NCBI GenBank assembly: GCA_964436805.1
Contig: CAYTEG010000002.1
Span: 1,916-41,012 of the forward strand
DNA: 39,097 nt
Reading direction: 5' to 3'
Source of the DNA: an uncultured Candidatus Saccharibacteria bacterium
Lineage (GTDB): Bacteria > Patescibacteriota > Saccharimonadia > Saccharimonadales > EFPC-124
Shown here one piece after another: positions 8,354-14,714 of this stretch. The translations under genes and the position numbers were made by a program. The notes under the pieces were generated by a model. It made no database searches, was not told the DNA's origin, and saw nothing but the letters and a program-made list of their open reading frames with translations. Positions within the stretch are counted from its first letter, which is position 1. Every line of letters begins with the position of its first letter.

Positions 8354-9688
8354 TTACCGCGGTAACGTTAGGGTGAAGGTTGTGCCTTTGTCTTGTTGTG
8401 ACGCAAAACTGACGCTGCCGCCGTGCCTTTGCAGCACCGTTTTAACAAGGTATAGCCCAAGGCCGGTGCCCGGAATATCGCTTTTAACGGCGTTGCTTGC
8501 GCGGTAAAACCCTCGGAACACCTTATTTTGCTCGCTGGCCGGTATGCCAATGCCTTGGTCGGTAACCAAAATATTATGGGTTTTGGCGGCCTGCTGGTAC
8601 GAAATAGTCACGGCCGTGCCGTTTTTGGTGTATTTTATTGCGTTCGAAAGTACGTTGTGTAGCGCGCGCCGCATTTGGTCGGGGTCGCAGTTGATGGTCA
8701 GTTTTGCCGGCCAGTATTGGTCGAACACAAGCGTCACCTCTTTTTGCTGGGCGCTCAGCGCCTGGGTGTCGACGATCTCGTGCATCAGCGCCGAAAGGTC
8801 GGTTGGCTTAACCTTTAAGCTGCGGCCATTGGTGGCGTGCGAAAGTTCCAAAATGTCGTTGGTACTGGCTTGCAGCCGCAGGGCGCTGTCTAAAATCGCC
8901 TGTATCATTTTTTTGATGCGCGGTTCGGAGGTGCCCAGCGTCAGCACACTTTCGGCCGCCCAGCGGATGCCGGTGATTGGGCTGCGCAGCTCGTGCGATG
9001 CCACCGAAACAAGCTCCGACCGCAGCGCCAGCAACTGCGAGTTGTGCCGCCTAATGCGTTCGAAAACAAGCAAAATAAGGATGATCGTCGTGCCAATAAG
9101 CAGCGGGATGAGGCTCGACATTACAATACTCCGCCAGTAGGTTTCGGAGTCGATGTCGATGCCGACAACCGCCAAAACACTATGCGATTTTTCGTCGAAA
9201 ATAGGCGCGATCCCAGATATAAACGAGCCGTAGCTATCGGTTGTTGGGCCTTCGACAAACGCTTTGCCGTCGTTAAAAATGGCGCTGTCTTCGGCGGTGC
9301 CGTCGTCGTATTGCTCGCCGGCGGCCGAATATTGGTCGCTCGTGGGTTGCTCCGAATCGACGTAAAAGAACAGTTGGTCGTCACGCTTGCCCATTATATA
9401 AACGCTGCGGGCGTCGGGGTTGGCGGCTTTAACTTCGGCGAGCGTTGTTTTAAGCCCGCTATACACTGCCGTTCCGGCGTCGCTGGCGTCACCATTTAGC
9501 TGGGCGATTTGCGATGGCCCCAAAGCGGCGGCAATTGACTGGCTACGCTCGCCCAGTTGGGTGCGCAGCGCCAGGCGCGCGGCGTTACCAAACCAAAACG
9601 CGCCCACAATGCTTGCAATGCCAACAAAAATAACAAGAATAATAGCAACAATATGGAACGTGTCTTTTTCGCGAGGCGTCAAATGCAT
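8354..9688 (-). CDS. Sensor histidine kinase with extracytoplasmic Cache/PDC-like sensor domain (no adjacent response regulator)
   Basis: TM1 (IVAIILVIFVGIASIVGAFWF), an extracytoplasmic domain of about 170 aa (YIMGKRDDQLFFYVDSE...GPTTDSYGSFISGIAPIFD...AVVGIDI), then TM2. H-box SHELRSPITGI, N-box LSNAIKYT, G-box GTGLGLYLV. Confidence 0.85.
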   Translation of the reverse strand: MHLTPREKDTFHIVAIILVIFVGIASIVGAFWFGNAARLALRTQLGERSQSIAAALGPSQIAQLNGDASDAGTAVYSGLKTTLAEVKAANPDARSVYIMGKRDDQLFFYVDSEQPTSDQYSAAGEQYDDGTAEDSAIFNDGKAFVEGPTTDSYGSFISGIAPIFDEKSHSVLAVVGIDIDSETYWRSIVMSSLIPLLIGTTIILILLVFERIRRHNSQLLALRSELVSVASHELRSPITGIRWAAESVLTLGTSEPRIKKMIQAILDSALRLQASTNDILELSHATNGRSLKVKPTDLSALMHEIVDTQALSAQQKEVTLVFDQYWPAKLTINCDPDQMRRALHNVLSNAIKYTKNGTAVTISYQQAAKTHNILVTDQGIGIPASEQNKVFRGFYRASNAVKSDIPGTGLGLYLVKTVLQRHGGSVSFASQQDKGTTFTLTLPR

Positions 9689-9757
9689 AGGCCACCAAAG
9701 TTATAAGTGCTTACGATTAGCATACTTTGTTTTGCCTTGGCGCGCTAGTGGAACGGT

Positions 9758-9792
9758 CGCCGGCACCCTACGGTCGTGGTAGGATGCCGGCG
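9758..9792 (-). terminator. GC-rich 14-bp-stem hairpin 3' of the SLOG pair
   Basis: cgccggcaccctac / gtaggatgccggcg arms (one G-U wobble) with a 7-nt loop, starting 7 nt past the stop of 9799..10575. No U-tract. Confidence 0.55.
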
Positions 9793-9798
9793 TGATGT

Positions 9799-10575
9799 CT
9801 ACGAGGCCTGGCGTACAAAGCCGTTGCGGCCGAGCCAGGCCTGCGTGTCGGCCGGCGAATCGAGTATGTCGATGCGTGAAACGTCGGCGATTTGGTCGGC
9901 AACGCCGCCCGAGCCGCGCACGACGGCACAGGGGTGGCCGCGTTCGACCGCTTCGGTGATCTCTTGCAGCGTTACGTCGCCGCCGCCAAACACCCACAGC
10001 CCGGTCGCCATGCCGCCCGCCCGCAACAGATCCATCAGATCCATATACAGTGGGATATCGAGCGTGTACGAGTGCCGTTGCTGGCTGGCTGTGGCCTGCA
10101 CGTACCAAAACAGGTCGCTGCCGGGGTGTACGGCGGTGCGCGACTGGGCACTGTCGCTGGGCACAAACCGCGAATCGCCAACCAACGATGAGGTCGGCTT
10201 GGTGCGCGGCGCGCTGCCCATGGTGCGGCATTTGGAGTGCCACTTGCGGATCAGCCACGGCAGTTCCAAAACCGTCATGGCAACCCGTTCGTCGGTGTCG
10301 ATCAGCCGGGTGCCGCCGCTCATAAGAACGGTGGGCACCAGTGGTACTGGCTTAAAGGCGGCTTCGATGTGTTCGTACAGCCGCCGCCGTTCGGGTGGCG
10401 ACAGCCCGGCAACGCCGCCCGCAAACCGCAAAATGGCCCGCATGCCGAAGCACTGCTCGACCACCTGGTTGGGGATGCTATCGCTGGCGTTGGCGAACAC
10501 CAGTGCTACCCGGCCTTCGGGCGTGTCGACGACGTACTGGCGGCCGGGTTCGAACACACGGTCGAAGTTTGTCAT
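9799..10575 (-). CDS. SLOG-superfamily (LSDAT/LOG-like Rossmann) protein, paralogue B, 258 aa
   Basis: Start ATG at 10575 overlaps the stop of the upstream gene (ATGA). Motifs RFAGGVAGLSP, LMSGGTRL, VFGGGDVTLQEITEAV (GGGxxTxxE) and VVRGSGGVADQIA, the last like the TRPM/LSDAT SGxxAD as recalled from memory. The 169-aa N-terminal extension in the track ORF is Arg/Pro junk overlapping paralogue A. Confidence 0.7.
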   Translation of the reverse strand: MTNFDRVFEPGRQYVVDTPEGRVALVFANASDSIPNQVVEQCFGMRAILRFAGGVAGLSPPERRRLYEHIEAAFKPVPLVPTVLMSGGTRLIDTDERVAMTVLELPWLIRKWHSKCRTMGSAPRTKPTSSLVGDSRFVPSDSAQSRTAVHPGSDLFWYVQATASQQRHSYTLDIPLYMDLMDLLRAGGMATGLWVFGGGDVTLQEITEAVERGHPCAVVRGSGGVADQIADVSRIDILDSPADTQAWLGRNGFVRQAS

Positions 10576-11351
10576 CGGCGGCTGCCTTTGGTAAAGTCGC
10601 GCGCGGCCAGTACACTGGCGATCTCGGCTGCAGTGCACACCACGAGGTTGTCTTGGTAGCGCGTGCAAAATTCGCGGTCGCTTGCGTATTGCCCGGCCAC
10701 GCCGCCGCTGTCGGAGACCAAAATCACCCACCAGGGGTTGTCGGGGTCGTGCGGCAGGTTGACGACGTGCAGCAGTTCGCGTTCGGTCGTTTTGCCGCCG
10801 CCGTACAGCAGGTGTGCCGTGCGAAAGCGGCGCGGCGATTCGCGCAGAACTTCGAGGTAATCGAGCGCCACCATCCATTCGGCGTCCCAGTCGGGCGCGC
10901 CGCGGTCGGCCGAGTACTGCAGCACAAGGCAAAACTGAAGGCCAGGGTGCACGGTCGTGACGTATGGGTTTTCGGGCTGGTCGTCGATAACCAGCAGGTC
11001 GGTGCCGGGCAGCCACTGCATGGCAGTCTGGCGCGGGGCGACTCCCACAACGACAACTTCGGGATGCGCGTCGTGGATCCATGGCAGCACCTCGGTAATG
11101 CCGGGTAAGACCACGTTTGTCCCACGAATCCGCATGCTTGTGCCGCCGCCGATAACCGTGCAGGCTGCGCCTTCAAACGCTGGCACGATCGAGTCGTACA
11201 TGGCGTTGACAGCACTCGGCGTGAGGCTCGCGCAGCCGCCGCAAATCTTTACCGCAGCGGCAGTCGGCGACGATGCCAACTGCAGCGCCGTCAGGCGCGA
11301 GTTGGGGAACTGCATGTTTTCGATCAAAAGGCGCACGCCATTTCTGGCCAT
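10572..11351 (-). CDS. SLOG-superfamily (LSDAT/LOG-like Rossmann) protein, paralogue A, 259 aa
   Basis: SD-like gagggggtgaagg precedes the ATG at 11351. Motifs KICGGCASL, TVIGGGTSMR, VVVVGVAPR, LLYGGGKTTERELL (PGGxGTxxE-like) and LVSDSGGVAGQYA. Colinear by eye with paralogue B. Confidence 0.7.
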   Translation of the reverse strand: MARNGVRLLIENMQFPNSRLTALQLASSPTAAAVKICGGCASLTPSAVNAMYDSIVPAFEGAACTVIGGGTSMRIRGTNVVLPGITEVLPWIHDAHPEVVVVGVAPRQTAMQWLPGTDLLVIDDQPENPYVTTVHPGLQFCLVLQYSADRGAPDWDAEWMVALDYLEVLRESPRRFRTAHLLYGGGKTTERELLHVVNLPHDPDNPWWVILVSDSGGVAGQYASDREFCTRYQDNLVVCTAAEIASVLAARDFTKGSRR

Positions 11352-11409
11352 ACCTTCACCCCCTCGGTGCTACATGCTGGCACACTTGTTGCGCCAGGAC
11401 ATCCAGGCG

Positions 11410-11438
11410 ATTATAAAATTGATTTGTGTTTTTGTCGA
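11410..11438 (-). promoter_or_regulatory. Predicted sigma70-type promoter of the SLOG pair
   Basis: On the minus strand: TCGACA (11438-11433), 17-nt spacer, TATAAT (11415-11410). About 59 nt upstream of the ATG at 11351. Confidence 0.5.
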
Positions 11439-11440
11439 TG

Positions 11441-11470
11441 TTGCGGGCGCGCACAAAAGTCATATAGAAT
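11441..11470 (+). promoter_or_regulatory. Predicted promoter of the KwaB-like gene, back-to-back with the SLOG promoter
   Basis: TTGCGG (11441-11446), 18-nt spacer, TAGAAT (11465-11470). Its -35 box is 2 bp from the -35 box of the divergent promoter. Confidence 0.4.
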
Positions 11471-11511
11471 ACGGCTAATGGTTAACACGCCTGCCGCCGG
11501 CAGGTTTATAA

Positions 11512-12525
11512 ATGGAGTATCGAAGCATGGATCCAGACAGCGCCGCCGCCCCCGCCGCCCCCACCGCCCCTCAGCCCAAACCCGAAACCGACATTTTTGC
11601 CTGGGCGAACAACCTGTTTTTGCACAAAGATAAACTACAAATCGAGATTTTTTTGCTTAGCAAAACAAATGTGCTGTACCGCACGCGCTACGCCGAGGCG
11701 TTGGGCCGGCAGACGCATCCGCTTTTAATTGACAGCATGCTAGAATTTATTGTCACCGGTGCCGGCGCGGGTTTGGTGGTGAGCACCTTCGAAGAAGCCG
11801 AAAACGAAGAAAACGTGTTGCAAAAAACAGCGGTCGCCAACGTCGATAAGTTGGTCGAAGCCATGAGCTGGCTCGGCAAACAAGAAGCCGACATGGAGCA
11901 ATTTAGCGAAGAAGACCACGATCTCAAGCGCATAAAAGGCATAATTGTGCGCGTCACCCATCCCGAAATCACGCCGTTTTATGTGATTAAAGCGCTCAGC
12001 AGCTCCAACATTTTAAAGGGTGTCGGCGCCTGGATGATTAGCGGCAACAAGTTTGACGCGCTCGACAACGGCGCAGCGCTACGCATCCCTAACGACAGCC
12101 AACTTTTGATCGTCGACGACGAACTGTACGTGTTTAACCAAAGTAAATTGGAGCGCCTGTTTGGCTACAACGCCAAAAAGAACGCCATTGCCGACAAAAA
12201 AGTGCGCGAAATCGAAGCCAACTTTAAGTTGAGCTTCGCCGACGACTTAACCCTGCAGGCCATGGTAAAAGAAAGCAAGCCGCTTATTAACAAACTGCAA
12301 AAAATCGACCCCAGCGCCATTAAGCAAGATGCGCTGCTCGACCACAGCGAAGAAATGGGCTTAGGTTTAATGACCGACCTCGAGGGCGCGATTATTATTA
12401 TGGACAACAAAGACTTGTCGAAGTTTGTTAACCTGCTTAACGACGACTACGTCGAATCAAACCTCACCGGCAACCGCTACGAAATTAAAAGCAAAAGGTT
12501 GTTAAAACCCGAGGGTGAAGAGTAG
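11512..12525 (+). CDS. DUF4868 / KwaB-like (Kiwa defence component B family) protein
   Basis: 337 aa. Segments RIKGIIVRVTHPEITPFYVIK, LRIPNDSQLLIVDDELYVFNQSKLERLFGY and the C-terminal SKFVNLLNDDYVESNLTGNRYEIKSKRLL parallel E. coli KwaB segments recalled from memory (..FIKLMSDDYLQSDLTK.IY.S.AKDRL). An alternative start at ATG 11527 has a better SD (ggag, 9 nt upstream). Confidence 0.6.
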   Translation: MEYRSMDPDSAAAPAAPTAPQPKPETDIFAWANNLFLHKDKLQIEIFLLSKTNVLYRTRYAEALGRQTHPLLIDSMLEFIVTGAGAGLVVSTFEEAENEENVLQKTAVANVDKLVEAMSWLGKQEADMEQFSEEDHDLKRIKGIIVRVTHPEITPFYVIKALSSSNILKGVGAWMISGNKFDALDNGAALRIPNDSQLLIVDDELYVFNQSKLERLFGYNAKKNAIADKKVREIEANFKLSFADDLTLQAMVKESKPLINKLQKIDPSAIKQDALLDHSEEMGLGLMTDLEGAIIIMDNKDLSKFVNLLNDDYVESNLTGNRYEIKSKRLLKPEGEE

Positions 12526-12537
12526 TATATAAATAAG

Positions 12538-12942
12538 ATGCATTTTATTAAGCGTTACCCCATTATTGCGGTCATAACCATTGCCATACAGTTTGTGCTT
12601 GGCACAATTGCCAGCATGTACGTTGAGTTTCCGGAGGGCGCTGACAGTGCCGCCCAGTGGCATTTTATATGGACGAGCCCGATTGTACTGGCGCACGTGC
12701 TGCTTGGCGTCGCCATTGCCATTGGTGCGGCGCGGTTTTTAATAGCGGTGTGGCTTAAAAAGCAAAAAGATTTGTTGCCTTACGCGGCCTCTGGCGCCGT
12801 TGCGGTATTTTTGGCAGCGCTTGGTGGCGAAAGGTTTGTCGCTACGCAGGACGACCTGTGGTCACTACTTATGGCACTCGGATTTTTGGCTAGCATTATT
12901 ATTTACATGGCAGCGCATTTTGTTACCAGCAAACGTACATGA
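12538..12942 (+). CDS. Small 4-TM membrane protein (134 aa), function unknown
   Basis: Four hydrophobic helices at roughly residues 8-27, 46-70, 80-97 and 108-128. Starts 12 nt after the KwaB-like stop. Its stop overlaps the next start (ATGA at 12939-12942). Confidence 0.65.
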   Translation: MHFIKRYPIIAVITIAIQFVLGTIASMYVEFPEGADSAAQWHFIWTSPIVLAHVLLGVAIAIGAARFLIAVWLKKQKDLLPYAASGAVAVFLAALGGERFVATQDDLWSLLMALGFLASIIIYMAAHFVTSKRT

Positions 12943-14288
12943 AGCGTTCGCCTCGCCTCTCCCAACATTTTTTGGTTAATCCGCAAATCGTAAAGACACT
13001 GCTTGGCCACGCTAGTATTGGCAAGCAAGATGTTGTATACGACATTGGCGCTGGCTCGGGCGTAATTACCAGCGTGCTGGCCGGCGCGGCTAAAAAAGTG
13101 GTGGCGGTCGAGGTTGACGAACCGACTTTGGCAAAACTGCGCCAAAACGTTGGTGCACTTAAAAATGTAGAAGTTGTGGCGGCAGACGCTACAAAAATGC
13201 CGCTGCCGCGCACGCCGTATAAAGTACTCGCGAATATTCCGTTTCACCTAAGTTCGCAGATTGTGCAGCGCTTTTGCGACGCGCCAAACCCGCCAAGCGC
13301 CATGTATTTAATTGTGCAGGAACAGTTTGCGCGCAAGCTGTTGCCCGACAACAAAGGCTTTACCAACCAATTGGCCTTGCAGTTGGGGCCAACCTTTGCT
13401 ATTCGCATTCGCCGCAAACTGCAGCCCACTGATTTTTACCCGCGCCCCAATGTGCCCACAGTGTTTATCGAAATCGCCAAACGCCCCACGCCGCTGCTTG
13501 CCAAACCGCAACAACGCCGTTTTACCCTGCTTGTAAAAAACGCCTTTGCCGACCCGCGCAAGTTTTGGCGGCTGCCGCTGGGCGAGCTGGGCATTTCGCC
13601 AATTGCCGCGCCGTCGAGCTTAACGCTCGACCAGTGGCTGCAGTTATTTGCCGTACACGAAGCCGCACCCGAAAAACAAGGCATGGCGCTCATCGACCCC
13701 ACAAATCCATTATTAAATATGGTCATCGAGCCGGTCGCGCCCAACGAAATAAACGCCCCGCACACCCGCTATATTATTGAGCGCATGCTGCAGCTGGCCG
13801 CCGGCGCTGGCAAAACAAAAGCCGACACGCGCCAAATGGTTGGCCTGGCCGCGCCGCAAATTGGCGTGAACAAACAAATTGTTATTATCGATACCGCCGC
13901 CACCGGCGCTAACCAAAACCAGCGCCATCAGGTGCTTATTAACCCGCGTATTGTCTGGCAATCGGCCAAAAAAGTGCTTGGCCGCGAGGGGTGTTGGTCT
14001 TGTGGCAATATTTGCGGGGCGGTGGAGCGCGCCGAAAGCGTAAAAGTACAGGCGCTCGACGCCAGTGGCAAGCCCATTGCATTGACGCTCAAAGATTTTC
14101 CGGCCCGCGTTGCCCAGCACGAAATCGACCATTTAAGCGGCATTCGGTTTCCCGACCGCATTACCGACGACAAAGAACTGCACTGGGTCGAGCCGCAACA
14201 GTTCGAAGATTACCGCAAACAGTGGCAAACCTGGCCGCACATATGCCCGCGCAGCAAATGGCTCGAGCTCAAAGCCAGTTCTCATTGA
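12939..14288 (+). CDS. Fusion protein: KsgA/Erm-family rRNA adenine N6-methyltransferase (N-terminal about 245 aa) + peptide deformylase (C-terminal about 190 aa)
   Basis: N-terminal part has LSQHFLVNP, VYDIGAGSGVIT (SAM motif I), VLANIPFHLSSQIV (N-I-P-F/Y motif IV) and LIVQEQFARKL. C-terminal part has all three PDF motifs: VGLAAPQIGV (GxGxAAxQ), EGCWSC (EGCLS) and QHEIDHLSG (HExxH). One uninterrupted 449-aa frame. Confidence 0.8.
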   Translation: MKRSPRLSQHFLVNPQIVKTLLGHASIGKQDVVYDIGAGSGVITSVLAGAAKKVVAVEVDEPTLAKLRQNVGALKNVEVVAADATKMPLPRTPYKVLANIPFHLSSQIVQRFCDAPNPPSAMYLIVQEQFARKLLPDNKGFTNQLALQLGPTFAIRIRRKLQPTDFYPRPNVPTVFIEIAKRPTPLLAKPQQRRFTLLVKNAFADPRKFWRLPLGELGISPIAAPSSLTLDQWLQLFAVHEAAPEKQGMALIDPTNPLLNMVIEPVAPNEINAPHTRYIIERMLQLAAGAGKTKADTRQMVGLAAPQIGVNKQIVIIDTAATGANQNQRHQVLINPRIVWQSAKKVLGREGCWSCGNICGAVERAESVKVQALDASGKPIALTLKDFPARVAQHEIDHLSGIRFPDRITDDKELHWVEPQQFEDYRKQWQTWPHICPRSKWLELKASSH

Positions 14289-14354
14289 TTCATCCCACAT
14301 TTTGTTATAGAATTCCTAAGGCCTTTACTCACTTAGCATTGTTAACTACGACTT

Positions 14355-14702
14355 ATGTCACAACTTACAACTGCCCCACTACCGCCTGAGTTTCATGCGC
14401 ACCTAAAACTTTTTGGTGACGCCTGGATGCTTATTATCGTCAGTGAGTTACTTGCCGGCACCTGCCGGTTTAACGAACTCCAGCGCCGGGCGTGCGGCAT
14501 CTCGCCGGTTACATTAACAAACCGGCTTAAAAAACTCGAACAACTGGGCATTGTTACCCGCAGCGCCAAGGTGCAAGACAAGCTGTCGGTCAGCTATTGC
14601 ATGACCGAAAAAGGCGAGGCTATGCGCCCGGTGCTTACAGCCATCCGCGACTACGGCAAGCTGCATTTTCCAGACTTTACCGATTGCCCCGACGCCGCGT
14701 AA
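14355..14702 (+). CDS. HxlR-family winged-helix transcriptional regulator
   Basis: FGDAWMLIIVSELLAGTCRFNELQRRACGISPVTLTNRLKKLEQLGIVTR ... YCMTEKGEAMRPVL is the typical HxlR layout. Confidence 0.8.
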   Translation: MSQLTTAPLPPEFHAHLKLFGDAWMLIIVSELLAGTCRFNELQRRACGISPVTLTNRLKKLEQLGIVTRSAKVQDKLSVSYCMTEKGEAMRPVLTAIRDYGKLHFPDFTDCPDAA

Positions 14703-14714
14703 AATGGTACGTAC

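Noticed and set aside
10576-11082. N-terminal 169-aa extension of track ORF 9799..11082 (427 aa)
   Set aside because: The extension is Arg/Pro/Ala-rich low-complexity sequence that overlaps SLOG paralogue A in another frame. The ATG at 10575 gives an ATGA junction and a product colinear with paralogue A.
9701-11108. Long ORFs 9776..10594(+), 10395..11108(+), 9701..10258(-), 10724..11215(-) in the SLOG region
   Set aside because: These are typical stop-poor shadow frames of a GC-rich coding region, with Arg/Pro/Gly/Ala-dominated translations and no motifs.
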